DNA from: Candidatus Stammera capleta
GTDB lineage: Bacteria; Pseudomonadota; Gammaproteobacteria; Enterobacterales; Enterobacteriaceae
DNA: 64,000 nucleotides
Assembly: GCA_015134075.1 (NCBI GenBank)
Contig: CP062308.1
Location: forward strand, 13,439 to 77,438
Reading direction: 5' to 3'
The notes beneath the pieces were generated by a model. It did not search any database. It saw nothing but the letters and a program-made list of their open reading frames with translations, and was not told the DNA's origin. The translations under genes were made by a program, and so were the position numbers. Every line of letters begins with the position of its first letter. The stretch's first letter is position 1. Shown piece by piece: positions 13,582 to 26,695 of the stretch.

Positions 13582-14641
13582 GAATATATTTAATAAATTA
13601 GATATAACTATATCAATATGTATATTAACACTATTATTATATAGCACTATATTATTATATAGTGCTAATAATCAAAATATAAATATTGTATTTAAAAGAA
13701 TATTTCATATAATAATAAGTATAATTACAATGATTATTATAAAACAATTTGATATAGAATTTTATAAAAAAAATATAAAAATATTTTATTTTATAAATAT
13801 AATTTTATTAGTAATAATTTTAATAAATGGATATATAATAAAAGGCGCTCAAAGATGAATAAATATAGGATTAATACAATTTCAACCATCAGAAATAACT
13901 AAAATTATTATACCAATAATTATAAATAAAATAACTAGCAAAATTCATTCATTTACAATATATAATATAATATATCCTATTATAATAACATTAATTCCTA
14001 GCTATTTAATATATTTACAACCAGATTTAGGAACATCAATATTAATAATATTTAATTTAATAATAATATTCTTTTTAAACGGGATAAATAAAAAAATAAT
14101 TTTATTTTCTTTTATAATATTTATATTATTTATACCAATATCATGAAAATTTTTATTACATAATTATCAAAAAAAAAGAATATTAACATTAATAAAATAT
14201 AATAAAAAAAACATAAAAAATAGTGGATATCATACACATCAATCAAAAATTGCAATAGGTTCTGGAGGAAAATATGGAAAAGGATTATTTAAAGGAACTC
14301 AATCACAATTAAAATTTATACCAGAAAATAAAACAGATTTTATATTTACTATAATAGCAGAAGAACATGGATTTATAGGAATATGTTTTTTAATAATGAT
14401 ATATATTGTATTAATCTCAAAACTAATCTTAATATCAATAAAAAATAATAATATATATGATTCAATATTAATATCAAATTTTACAATAAATTTAGCAATA
14501 CAAATATTAATAAATATTGGTATGATTATTGAATTACTACCTGTTGTAGGAATACCATTACCATTAATTAGTTATGGTGGAACTTCATTAATAAGTAATA
14601 TGTCAATATTTGGAATAATTATGTCAACAAAAAAAAAATAA
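13574..14641 (+). CDS. mrdB: SEDS peptidoglycan polymerase RodA
   Basis: Track fragments 13574..13858 and 14396..14641 are in the same frame and the middle is open apart from TGA. Polytopic, with the conserved ..HQSKIAIGSGGKYGKG..FIPENKTDFIFTIIAEEHGF.. block. Confidence 0.9.
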
Positions 14642-14642
14642 T

Positions 14643-15839
14643 ATGAAAAAAATAAAAAAAATTATTTTAATAATATCATTATTATTATTAAATATATCAA
14701 TACCAAAAAGCAAAAATATCAAAATAAATCCTGAATCATATATACTTGTAGATTTTTATTCTAATAAAATACTAGCAAAAAAAAATCCTGATTTAAAATT
14801 AGCTCCAGCTAGTTTAACTAAAATAATGACAAATTATATTGTTTCTGATTATATAAAAAAAAAAAAAATAAATAAAAAAGATTTAGTTTTAATAAAAGAA
14901 AATTCATGATATAAAAATCCTATATTTAAAAATTCATCATTAATGTTTATAAAAAAAAATCAAAAAATTAAAATAGATAAATTAAATAAAGGAATGATAA
15001 TAACATCAGGTAATGATGCATGTATAGCAATCACAAATTATATATCAGATAATGAAGAAAAATTTACAAATTTAATGAATAAATATTCTAAAATAATAAA
15101 TTTAAAAAATACAAATTTTAAAAATTCACATGGATTAGATAATATAAATCAATATACAACATCAAGAGATATAGCTAAACTAAGTATTAAATTAATTAAA
15201 AATTTTCCTAAAGAATATAAAATATATAAAAAAAAATTTTTTATATTTAATAATATAAAACAAAAAAATAGAAATGATTTATTATGATATAAAAAAATAA
15301 ATATAGATGGAATAAAAACAGGACATACAGATTTAGCAAAATATAATATAGTTGTATCAGCAAAAAAAAAAAAAACAAGATTAATAGCTGTAATCTTAGG
15401 AGCTGAATCAATAAAAGATAGAAATATATATTCAAAAAAATTATTAAAATGAGGTTTTAATAACTTTAAAACTAAAAAAATATTTTCAAAAAATAAAACA
15501 ATAAGATATGAAAATATATGATTAGGAAAAGAAAATAAAATTAAAGTAGGATTAAATAAAAATATATATATAACATTTAAAAAAAATAAAAAACAAAAAA
15601 ATAAAATACATTATAAAATATTTAATATATTAAAAGCTCCTATATATAAAAATCAAATAATAGGGAAAATATGTTTATTAAAAAAAAATAAATTTCAAAA
15701 ATGTTTTTTATTAAAATCATTAACAGATATTGAAACAAAAAATAAAATACAATATATATTCGAATATATATACATGAATATATATATATTTATATCAAAT
15801 ATATTTAACAAATTAATTAAAATAATAAAAAATGAATAA
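14643..15839 (+). CDS. dacA: D-alanyl-D-alanine carboxypeptidase (PBP5/6 class)
   Basis: Signal-peptide-like N terminus, SxxK (ASLTK), SGN (TSGND) and KTG (IKTGHT). Fragments 14643..14909 and 14943..15287 plus the tail are joined in frame through TGA. The position after mrdA-rodA matches E. coli dacA. Confidence 0.88.
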
Positions 15840-16962
15840 AAATATAACTATAATATATACAATAATAGTTGCTTTATCAGGAGGAGTAGATTCTTCAGTT
15901 TCAGTATGAATATTAAAACAATTAGGATACAAAATAAAATGCGTATTTATTAAATGTTGACAAGAAAAAAATATTAAAAATAAAATATGTAATTATAAAA
16001 AAGATTATGAAGATTGTAAAAATATATGTAAATTATTTAATATAAAATTATATTTAATAGATTTTACATATGAATATTGAAATATAGTTTTTTGTGAATT
16101 TATTAAAAAATTAAAAAAAAATATATTAATAAATCCAGATGTATTATGTAATAAAATAATTAAATTTAATTTATTTATAAAATTTAGTATAAATATTTTA
16201 AAAGCTGATTTTATAGCTACAGGACATTATGTAAGAAAATATAAAAAAAAAAATACTTTTTTTTTATTAAAAGGAATAGATAATAAAAAAGATCAAACTT
16301 ATTTTTTATATACACTAAATCAAAAACAATTAAAAAAATGTATTTTTCCAATAGGAAATTATTATAAAAAAAAAATTAGACATATAGCAAAAAATTTAAA
16401 TTTAATAAATTATAAAAAAAAAGATTCATATGGAATATGTTTTATAGGAAAAAAAAATTTTTTTAAATTTATTAAAAAATATATAAAAGAAAAACCAGGA
16501 ATAATAATAAATTCAAAAAATAAAATTTTAGGTATACATAAAGGACTTCATTTTTATACAATAGGCCAAAGAAAAAATCTAAATTTAAATATAAAACAAA
16601 AAAAAGCATATTACGTAATTAAAAAAAAAATTAAAAAAAATAAATTAATAGTATCATCTAAAAAAAAAAAATTATTATATAAAGGATTATATATAAAAAA
16701 AATACATTTTATAAATAAAATAAAAAAAAAAAAAAAAATAAAATGTTATATAAAAATAAGATCACAACAATATATAAATATACAATGTTTAATATTTTTT
16801 TCAAAAATAAATAAAATAATATTTAAAAAACCTATATTATCAATATGTCCTGGACAATCAGCAGTATTTTATAAAAAAAAAATATGTATAGGAGGAGGAA
16901 TAATAATAAAGGGAATTACATTAAAAACTAAAAATAATAAGAAAAATCAGAAAATTTTTTAA
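15832..16962 (+). CDS. mnmA: tRNA-specific 2-thiouridylase
   Basis: No track ORF. Frame 1 is open over 376 codons with TGA as Trp. N-terminal PP-loop ALSGGVDSSVSVW ILKQLGY, as in E. coli MnmA. Confidence 0.9.
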
Positions 16963-19024
16963 AAATAATTTTATATTGATTTAATAATCAATATCTATTA
17001 TTTTTTATATCTGTATTTTTAATATTTACTTTAACATTATCTAAAAATTTTTCTATTTTTTTTATAGAACCATATAAATATCTAAAAAATAAATTATAAT
17101 TATGTAAAATAAAAAATTTATTTATTTTACTTTTAATAAAAATTAAATAATTATAAATATTAATTTCATAAAAATTAACAAGAAAATATTTATTAAAAAT
17201 AATTTTTTTATTAAAATTAAATTTTAATAAAATATTATTTATTCTTTTAAAAATAGAAATAAGTTTAATAAAAATTTTTTTATATTTATTTTTTTGAATA
17301 AAAATTAATTTAATTTTAAAATCAAAAATATCAAAATTTCTTATTTTTAAAACAGACATTATTTCATTCTTAGAATGACCAAATTTTAAAAAAAATACAA
17401 AACACCTTTTTAATAAAAATTTAATAATAATATTAAAATATTTACTAACAAAAATAAAATTTTTATATAATAAAAGAGAATATTTAATTAAAAAAATTAT
17501 ATTTAAATAAATTTTATTTAATAAAACAAGATTTATTATCTTATCAGATATTTTTTTTAAACCATAAGGATCATTTTGTTTTTTAAAAAAAAATAAATCA
17601 TTTTTTAATATAAAAATTCCAACAAATGTATCTATATTATCAACTAAAGAAATTAAAATACTATATTTATAGTAAATATTATTTAAATCAATATTTTTTC
17701 TATTAAAATAATGATTTTTAATAATATAAGATATTTCCTTTTTATTATTACTTAAATTAGAATAATGCATTCCAATTATTCCTTTTAATAAAGGATATTC
17801 TTTATAAACACAAGTAACTAAATCACACTTAGATAATAAAATAGCTTTATTTAATAAAATATAATTAATATTTAAATTTGTTTTTTTTAATATATATTTA
17901 CATATATACAAAATTCTTCTAACTTTATCTAAATAAGTTCCAATATTTCTATGAATAAATATTTTTTTTAATTTAAATAAATAAAATATAAAATTATATT
18001 TAATATCTTTTATATATAATCTTTTTAATCCATTTAATTCAGAATTTATAATATTTTCATAATTATTTTTTAAAAAAATATAATTTTCAATTTTTATATT
18101 TAAAACTACTACAAAATAATTATTTAAATAATTAAATAAATCATAAGAAACAAAAAAATAATGTTTTTCTAAAATATAAATTATAAATTCTTTAGGTAAA
18201 AATAAAAATTTTTTTTTAAATTTACATAATAATAATACTGGTCATTCATACATAAATATTATTCTTCTAAAAAATGAAAGATTAAATTTAAAAAAAATTT
18301 TTTTTAAATAAAATATTTTTTTAAAAAAAGAAATAATTTTTTTTACTCTATCTTTGCAAGATAAGATAACTTTTCCATAATTTAACAAAAAATTAATATA
18401 ATTTTTTGAATTATCTAAAAAAAAATTTTTATTTAATAAAAATTTATTACATAAAAGTTTATTTCCTGATTTAATACCAAAAATATAAAAATCTAATATT
18501 TTATTATTAAACATAGAAATTATATTAATAATAGGTCTTAAAAATAAAAAATTTTCATTACCCCATTTAATTCCACAATAATTTACATTAAGTTTAGTTA
18601 AAACATTATTAACAATATTTTTAATAAATAAATCTATTCCCATAGATTTATTTTTTTTTTTAAAAAAAAAACATTTAAAATTATTTTTTATTTTAAATAA
18701 AATATTATTCTTTTTTATATTATATTTATTTATTCAACCTAATATTTCTTTATTTTTTAAAAAATTACTACAATTATCTATATGTAATTTAGGACCATTA
18801 ATTATTCTATAATTAAATTTAAATTTTTGATAAAAACAAAAATCATATAATAAACAAGATAATCTTCTAGAAGTAATATAAATTTTTTTATATTTATAAA
18901 TAAAATTAAATTTATTAAATTCATATTTTAAATATTTAGAAAATTTAAATCTTAAAAAAATTAATTCATTTATAGGTAATTCTTGAACACCTACTTCAAT
19001 TAATAAAACACCATTCAAAGACAT
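16928..19024 (-). CDS. glyS: glycyl-tRNA synthetase beta subunit
   Basis: Track fragments 16988..17911, 18242..18643 and 18734..19024 share one frame and the gaps are open apart from TGA. The N terminus LLIEVGVQELP matches GlyS. The tail after TGA 16988-16990 (..NNRYW LLNQYKIIFKKFSDFSYYF) resembles the E. coli C terminus (..NRL..L..LF..ADIS..). Confidence 0.9.
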
Positions 19025-19041
19025 ATTATTCCTAAATAAAA

Positions 19042-19899
19042 TTAATATTTTAAATAAACTTTAGCTATATTATTAAATAAATTTCTTATACGTAAAATAA
19101 AACTTTTTCTTTCTAAATAAGAAAAATATCCTTTAGCATCTAATAAATTAAAATAATTAACAACCTTTACAGCAAATTCATAAGAAGAAATTATTAATGG
19201 TTTTTTTAATGAAATTAATTTTAAACATTGATTTTCATAATTAATTATAGAATTAATTAAAAATTTAGTATTAGAATAATATAAATTATAAAAATTTTTT
19301 TCCTTTTCATTAAAAAAAACTACATCATTATATTTTATAATACCTAAAATGTTATTATCTCATATTAAATCTTTTATATTATATACATTTTGTAAATGCA
19401 TTAAAATACGTTCTAAACCATAAGTAATTTCAACAACAGAAGGTATACATTCAAAACCAGCCATTTGTTTTAAATAAGTAAATTGAGTTATTTCTATTCC
19501 ATTTAATCAAACTTCTCAACCAATACCATAAGCTCCTAAAGTTGGATTTTCTCAATTATCATCAATAAAACTAATATCATTATTTTTTAAATCAATACCT
19601 AAAAATTTTAAAGAATCTATATATAAATTCTGCAAATTATTATTAGATGGTTTTACTATAACTTGAAATTGATAATATTGTTGAAATTTATTAAAAATTT
19701 TACCATATTTACTATCACTAGGTCTTCTACATAATTGCAAATAACAAAAAAATATATTATTTTTATTAATAGAATTAAAAAAAGTAATTGGATGAAAAGT
19801 AGCTGCTCCAATTTCAATATCAAAAGATTGAATTATACTACTTCCTAAAGTAGATCAAAATTTAAATAATAATGAAACTATTTTTTGAAATGTAAACAT
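19042..19899 (-). CDS. glyQ: glycyl-tRNA synthetase alpha subunit
   Basis: Hand translation gives [37 protein letters not shown]..., and the track fragment reads [28 protein letters not shown]. The [22 protein letters not shown] block has its W residues as TGA. Confidence 0.93.
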
Positions 19900-19903
19900 T
19901 TTA

Positions 19904-20998
19904 CTAATATTTATACTCAAATTTTACTCTTTTATTATTTATAGAACACATTAAATTATAACTAATCGTATTAGCTAATTTAGCCACATAATCTATATAA
20001 ATATTTTCACCTCATAATTCAACAATATCACCAATATTTATATATTTATTATCTAATAAATCTATAATTAACATATCCATAGATATAAATCCTACTATTT
20101 TAGCTTTAAAAATATTATTTACTAAAACAAAAGATTTATTAGACAATTGTCTAGGATAACCATCAGCATAACCACAACATACTATACCTAAAATAGTAGA
20201 TTTTTTAAAAAAATAACTATTATTATAACCAACAAAACATCCAGTTTTAACCTTTCTTATACTTATAATTCTACTATTAAAAGTAATAACAGGTTTAAAA
20301 CCATATTTTTTTATATCATTAAAATTTCCAGTAGGAGATCCTCCATATAATAATATTCCAATTCTAACAGAATTTGTAAAAACATTATTTAAATGTCATA
20401 TTAAACCAGAAGAACTAAAAATAGATATATCATTAAAATATAAATTTAAACTCATTATTTTATTATAATTAATAATATAATTTTTTTTAGAATCATATTT
20501 ACCAGATTTAGATAAATGAAAAATTAAACTAATACTACTTATAATATTTATATTTTTCAACAAAAAATAAACTCTTTTAATATAATCTAAATTAAAACCT
20601 AATCTATTTAAATCATTATTAAATTTCAAATAAACATCTATTTTTTTTGAAATAAATTTTATTTTTTTTAAAATATTTATCTGTCAAATACTATGAATAA
20701 CAATAATAAAATCAAATTTTAAACATAAATAAACTTCCTCAATATCAAAAAATCCTTCTAATAATAAAATATATCCTTTAAAACCTAAATTACGTAACAA
20801 AATTGCTTCATCAATACTAACAACAGCAAAACCATATACTTTATTATATAAAAATTTATATATATTTTTTATACCATGACCATAAGCATCAGCTTTTATA
20901 ACAATTCATAATTTTTTATTATAAGAAAATTTATTAATTAAAAAAAAATTATTATTAAAATTTTTAATATTAAAAGTTTTAAATATAGGTCTAACCAT
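19904..20998 (-). CDS. alr: alanine racemase
   Basis: The N-terminal PLP-lysine motif VIKADAYGHG (after an in-frame TGA). The track fragment has ..KFNNDLNRLGF.. (KxDTGMxRLGF-like). 364 codons open apart from TGA; TAG stop at 19904-19906. Confidence 0.85.
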
Positions 20999-21092
20999 AA
21001 TTTAATTATACTACTAATTAATTATATTTAAAATTATTTAATATTTATAAATTTATAAAATAATAAAATACTTTATTTATTTAAATAAAATA

Positions 21093-21446
21093 TTATTTAA
21101 TAATCTCTATATACGCCATAGAAGATTTATCCCCATTACGAAAACAACACTTTATTATTCTTGTATATCCACCTGATCTATTAATAAATCTAGGAGCTAT
21201 AAAATTAATTAATTTATCAACATTACTTTTATTTCTTATATTATTAAATAACATACGTTTACTAAATAAATTATTATTTTTTGCTATATTTATATAATAT
21301 TCTATATACCTTCTTAATTCTTTAGCTTTAAATAAAGTAGTCTTAATAATTTCAAATTTTATTAAAGAATTAGACATATTAATAAACATAGATTTCCTAT
21401 GACTACTATTTCTATTTAATTTTCTACCAATTTTTTTATGACGCAT
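21093..21446 (-). CDS. rplQ: 50S ribosomal protein L17
   Basis: MRHKKIGRKLNRNSSHRKSMF.. is the L17 N terminus; last gene of the alpha operon. Confidence 0.95.
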   Translation of the reverse strand: MRHKKIGRKLNRNSSHRKSMFINMSNSLIKFEIIKTTLFKAKELRRYIEYYINIAKNNNLFSKRMLFNNIRNKSNVDKLINFIAPRFINRSGGYTRIIKCCFRNGDKSSMAYIEIIK

Positions 21447-21452
21447 ACAAAT

Positions 21453-22469
21453 TTAATCCTTTATATTATTTTTTTTTAATAATTCTACTGGAGGTCAATT
21501 ATTTATCTTTGTTCCTAATTTTAATCCTTTATTATATAAAATATTTTTTATTTCAGTTAAAGATTTTTTTCCTAAATTAGGAGTTTTTAATAAATCACTT
21601 TCAGTTTTTTGAATTAAATCACCTATATAAATTATAGATTCATTTTTTAGACAATTAGCAGATCTAACAGTTAATTCTAAATCATCAACTGATTTTAATA
21701 ATATAGAATCAAATGATGACTTATTTTTTTTTCTACAAAACTCATTATCTTCATTTAAATTAACAAATGAATTTAATTGATTAATTAATATAAAAGCAGC
21801 TTTTTTTAAAGCAATTATAGGTTTTATAGTTCCATTAGTTTCAATATTTATAACTAATCTATCTAAATCATCTTTTTCTTTTAAAGAGATTTTTTCAACT
21901 TTATAAGAAACACGTTTTATAGGAGAATAAATAGAATCAACAAATATTTTACCTATAAATAAATTATTTAAATCTTTTTTTTTATAACTATTTATTTTTA
22001 AATTTGACGAAGAATAACCTCTACCTAATTCAACTTTAATTTCCATATCAATAAAAGATTTTTTAGAAGTTAAATTACATATAATATAATTTGGATTTGG
22101 AAGAAAAAAATCTACATCTGATGTAATATCAGAAGCATATACTGTACATATACCTTTTTTTTTTAAAAAAAATACTCCTTCAATTACATCATTTTTTAAA
22201 AAAATAGATAATTTTTTTAAATTTAAAACAACATCCATAATATCTTCTAATAAACCATCCTTTATACTATATTCATGTAATACTCCCTTAATTTTAACTT
22301 CAGTTACAGCAAAACCTGGTATAGATGATAGTAAAATTCTTCTAAAAACATTTCCAAAAGTATAACCAAAACCTCTTTCTAAAGGTTCTAATATAATTTC
22401 AGAACAAACATTAGATATTTTTTTAATTTTAGTTAATTTAGGTTTTAAAAATTCAAGAAAAGAAAACAT
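21453..22469 (-). CDS. rpoA: DNA-directed RNA polymerase alpha subunit
   Basis: The 324-aa track ORF ends in TGA 21495-21497. Read-through gives ..[18 protein letters not shown], matching the E. coli tail ..ENWPPASIADE. AAGGA Shine-Dalgarno upstream. Confidence 0.95.
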
Positions 22470-22486
22470 AATTTATCCTTAATAAA

Positions 22487-23104
22487 TTATTTAGAATAAA
22501 ATTCTAAAATTAAATTTTCACTAATATCATATAAAAAATCTTTTCTAGAAGGATTATTTTTAAAAATACCTTCCATTTTTTTAACATTAACATTTATTCA
22601 AGAAGGAACTTCTCTTTTTTCAAACAATTTTAAAGAATATTTTATTCTTTCCTGATTAATACACTTTGATCTAACTTTTATAACATCACCACATGATACT
22701 AAATAAGAAGGAATATTTACTATAGAATTATTAACAACAATAGATTTATGATTAACTAATTGTCTAGATTCAAATCTAGTACTACCAAATCCCATTCTAT
22801 ATACAACATTATCTAATCTTCTTTCTAAAAAAATTAATAAAAATTCCCCAGTATTTCCTTTAAAAATTAAAGATTTTTTATAATAATTAAAAAATTGTTT
22901 TTCTGAAATACCATAAATTCTACGAACTTTTTGTTTTTCTCTAAGTTGAATACCATAATCAGATAATCTAACTTTTCTATAAGAATGTTGACCAGGAATT
23001 TTATCTATTTTACATTTTGATTCTATATTCTTTAATCCAGATTTAAGAAATAAATCTGAACCTTCTCTTCTACTTAATCTTAATTTAGGACCAATATATT
23101 TCAT
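22487..23104 (-). CDS. rpsD: 30S ribosomal protein S4
   Basis: Track ORF plus a 37-codon extension through TGA 22598-22600. The extension ends ..LILEFYSK, like E. coli ..IVEFYSK-type S4 C termini. Confidence 0.95.
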
Positions 23105-23128
23105 ATATACTCCTTGTAAATTATTTAT

Positions 23129-23515
23129 TTATACACGTCTTTTTTTAGGAGATCTACATCCATTATGAGGTATAGGAGTAATATCGCTTATACTTATAAT
23201 ATTAAATCCAGAATTATATAATGCTCTAATACTTGATTCTCTTCCAGGACCTGGTCCATTAACCATAACTTCTAAATTTTTAATACCATAAACTTTAACT
23301 ATATCAGAACATTTTTCAACAGCTATTTGAGCAGCAAAAGGAGTTGATTTTCTAGATCCTCTAAAACCAGAACCTCCAGAAGTAGTTCAACCTAAAACAT
23401 TACCCAAAGTATCAGTAATACTAATTATAGTATTATTAAAAGAAGCATGTATATAAGCTATACCATTAATAATTTTTTTTTTATTTTTAATATTTATTTT
23501 TTTTTTTTTAAACAT
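23129..23515 (-). CDS. rpsK: 30S ribosomal protein S11
   Basis: Not in the track. Hand translation gives ..[58 protein letters not shown]. Confidence 0.95.
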
Positions 23516-23527
23516 AATTAACCTATA

Positions 23528-23881
23528 TTATTTTCTATATATATTTAATTTTCTACAAGTCTTAGCATTTGTTCTTGTTCTTTGACCTCTAACAGGTAAT
23601 TTCTTTTTATATCTTATCCCTCTATAACAATTTAAATCAACTAATCTTTTTATATTTAACATAACTTCTCTTCTTAAATCACCTTCTAAAACAAAATTAA
23701 ATAAAAATTTTCTAATTAATTCTATATGTTTTTCATTTAAATCTTTTACTTTTGTTAAATAATTTATTTTAACAGAATCACAAACTAATTTAGCTCTAGA
23801 TTTACCTATTCCATATATTAACATTAAACCAAATAAAATAGATTTATTATCTGGTATATTAACTCCAAATATTCTAATCAT
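23528..23881 (-). CDS. rpsM: 30S ribosomal protein S13
   Basis: MIRIFGVNIPDNKSILFGLMLIYGIGKSRA..; position in the operon. Confidence 0.95.
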   Translation of the reverse strand: MIRIFGVNIPDNKSILFGLMLIYGIGKSRAKLVCDSVKINYLTKVKDLNEKHIELIRKFLFNFVLEGDLRREVMLNIKRLVDLNCYRGIRYKKKLPVRGQRTRTNAKTCRKLNIYRK

Positions 23882-23901
23882 AATTTTTATAAATTAACCA
23901 A

Positions 23902-24018
23902 TTACCCCTGACGTTGTTTATGTTTTGGATTTTTTTTACAAATAACACGTAAAACACCACATCTCTTAATTACTTTACAAAAAAAACAAAATTTTTTAAC
24001 AGACGCTCTCACTTTCAT
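23902..24018 (-). CDS. rpmJ: 50S ribosomal protein L36
   Basis: 38-aa [41 protein letters not shown] between secY and rpsM. Confidence 0.93.
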   Translation of the reverse strand: MKVRASVKKFCFFCKVIKRCGVLRVICKKNPKHKQRQG

Positions 24019-24022
24019 ATAT

Positions 24023-25333
24023 TTAATATTTTTTTTTTATAATAGAAAAATACTTATTAGACATAACTAAAGATTGAATTTGAGAAATAAATTCCATAAT
24101 AACTACAACAACTATTAATAAAGATGTTCCACTAAAATAAATAGGAATATTTAAAATACTATAAATAAAATCTGGAGCTAAACATATAATAGATATATAT
24201 AAAGAACCAAATAAAGTTATACGTAATATAATTTTATTTAAAAAAATAGATGTACTTTTACCAGGTCTTATTCCAGGAATATATGCTCCAGTTTTTCTTA
24301 AATTATTTGATATATCATCAGAATTATACATTAATAATGTATAAAAAAAAGAAAAAAATATTATAAAAAAAACACTAAATATTGAATTAAATATATATTT
24401 AGGTAAAAATAAAACAGCTAAATAATCAAAAAAATTATAATTAAAAAAACGATTAATTCAAAAAATAAAAAATGGAGTAAAAGATAAAATACTAGAAGAA
24501 AAAATAACTGGAATTACACCAGACATATTAACTTTAAAAGGTAAAAATGTATCTGTAGAAAAAAAATATTTATTCTGAATATATCTTCTAGATGCATAAT
24601 AAACTAATATTTTTCTTTGAGCCATTTCAACAAAAACAATAAAAAAAATAGTACAAAATATAAAAAAAATAATAAAAATAAACTTAACTAAATAAATATA
24701 ATTAATATTAAAATTTCTTAAAAAATAAAATAAAAAATTTGGTAAATTAGAAACAATACCTATAAAAATAATTACAGAAACACCATTACCTAAACCTCTT
24801 TCAGAAATTTGATCTCCTAATCACATTAAAAACATAGTACCTGTAACTAAACTAAGTATTGATAAAAAATAAGTACTAAAATTATTATCTATAATAATAT
24901 TACTAAAATTATTAAAATTAAGTATTGCTGTGGAAATACATATAGATTGAAAAATAGATAAAAATAAAGTTAAATATTTAGTATACATACTAATTTTATA
25001 TCTTCCTAAAACACCTTCTTTTTTAGTATTCAAATATTTAGGAAATAAAATAGTAAATAATTGAATTATTATAGAAGAAGATATATAAGGTATAATACCT
25101 AAAGCAAATATAGAAGAATGAATTAAAGATCCCCCAGAAAACATATTAAATACATCTCAAAATGTATTATGATTATCTATAAACAAATTATTAAATATAT
25201 TAGTATTAATACCTGGTATTGGTATAAAAACTCCTATACGAAAAATAAAAACAAACAAAAATAAAAAAAATAATCTATTTTTTAATTCTTGTAATCCATT
25301 TATAATGGTATTTATATAAACATTTTTAATCAT
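24023..25333 (-). CDS. secY: preprotein translocase subunit SecY
   Basis: Track fragments 24023..24331 and 24821..25144 are in the same frame; the rest is open apart from TGA. N terminus ..[26 protein letters not shown]..; 436 aa. Confidence 0.93.
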
Positions 25334-25362
25334 AAAATACCTATAATTAATTTATAAACAAG

Positions 25363-25785
25363 TTATTTTATTTTTTTTAAAACTCCAGAAGATACCCTAA
25401 TATTCTTATCTAAAATAATTAATTTTTTTTTAAAAAATTTTCCACCCAAAATTATTTTAATAAACTTAATTTTCTTATTAATTATATTATAATTTTTTAA
25501 TAATTTTAAATTAATAATATCATTATTTTTAAAAATATTTAATTTACATAAACATAATTCTTTAAATTTATTATTTTTTTTTTTTTTAAAACCAAATTTT
25601 GGTATACGACGATAAAAAGGAGTTTGCCCTCCTTCAAAAAATCTATTAATTTTATAACCAGATCTAGATTTTTGTCCTTTATGTCCTTTTCCACTAGTTT
25701 TACCAAAACCAGATCCTATACCTCTACCTAATCTTTTAGATTTTTTATTAGCAAAAACATTAAATAATCTATTTAACAATAACAT
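25363..25785 (-). CDS. rplO: 50S ribosomal protein L15
   Basis: ..[27 protein letters not shown].. The start is taken at the second ATG (MLLLNRL); the track ORF starts 12 nt upstream at 25797. Confidence 0.9.
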   Translation of the reverse strand: MLLLNRLFNVFANKKSKRLGRGIGSGFGKTSGKGHKGQKSRSGYKINRFFEGGQTPFYRRIPKFGFKKKKNNKFKELCLCKLNIFKNNDIINLKLLKNYNIINKKIKFIKIILGGKFFKKKLIILDKNIRVSSGVLKKIK

Positions 25786-25821
25786 AATATTTACCACAAA
25801 TAAATTAATTAATTATATAAA

Positions 25822-26322
25822 TTAAAATAATATTTCTTTTAAAAATTTACCTCTTTTACATGCAATATAATAAGGTGATTTTATCAAAGATAAAGCTTTT
25901 ATTGTAGCTTTTACTATATTTATAGGATTATTAGATCCATAAATCTTAGCTAAAATATCTTTAATACCAACTGCCTTAAAAACAGCCATCATAGATTTAC
26001 TTGCTATTATACCAGTACCTGAAGAAGCTGGTTTCATAAAAACAATAGTACTAATATATTTAGCTTTTATTTCATGTTTTATAGTTCTATTTTTATTCAT
26101 TAAAACATCAATCATGTTTCTTTTTGATTTATCTAAAGATTTTTGTATAGCTAAAGGAACTTCTTTTGCTTTTCCATAACCATAACCAACTTTACCTTTT
26201 TTATTACCAACTACAGTTAAAGCAGAAAAAGAAAATACTCTACCACCTTTAACTGTTTTAGATATCCTATTAACAAAAACTAACTTTTCATAAAAATCAT
26301 TACTAAAAATATTTTTTTTCAT
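25822..26322 (-). CDS. rpsE: 30S ribosomal protein S5
   Basis: S5 dsRBD and C-terminal domain sequence (..[24 protein letters not shown]..). Confidence 0.95.
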   Translation of the reverse strand: MKKNIFSNDFYEKLVFVNRISKTVKGGRVFSFSALTVVGNKKGKVGYGYGKAKEVPLAIQKSLDKSKRNMIDVLMNKNRTIKHEIKAKYISTIVFMKPASSGTGIIASKSMMAVFKAVGIKDILAKIYGSNNPINIVKATIKALSLIKSPYYIACKRGKFLKEILF

Positions 26323-26336
26323 ATAAAAACCATATA

Positions 26337-26687
26337 TTAAAATAATAAACCATATTTTCTAGCATATTCAGCTAAAATTTTTATACGACCATGATATTTA
26401 AATCCAGATCTATCAAAAACAACCTTTTTAATTCCTGCTTTAATAGAACGAATAGCAATATTTTTACCAACAATACTAGCAGAAATTTTTTTATTTACAT
26501 TAATATTTTTCTTTTCTAAAGTAGATGCTGATGCTAAAACATAAGAATTATTATTTTTAAATAATATAATTTGAGAATAAATATGTTTAGAAGTTCTATA
26601 AACAACTAAACGTAATTTATTATATTTTTTAGCAAAAAAACGTAATTTTTTACATCTACGTAAACGAGACTGTTTTTTATTAAACAT
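26337..26687 (-). CDS. rplR: 50S ribosomal protein L18
   Basis: Operon position and the ..[27 protein letters not shown] terminus. Confidence 0.93.
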   Translation of the reverse strand: MFNKKQSRLRRCKKLRFFAKKYNKLRLVVYRTSKHIYSQIILFKNNNSYVLASASTLEKKNINVNKKISASIVGKNIAIRSIKAGIKKVVFDRSGFKYHGRIKILAEYARKYGLLF

Positions 26688-26695
26688 AATTTTAT

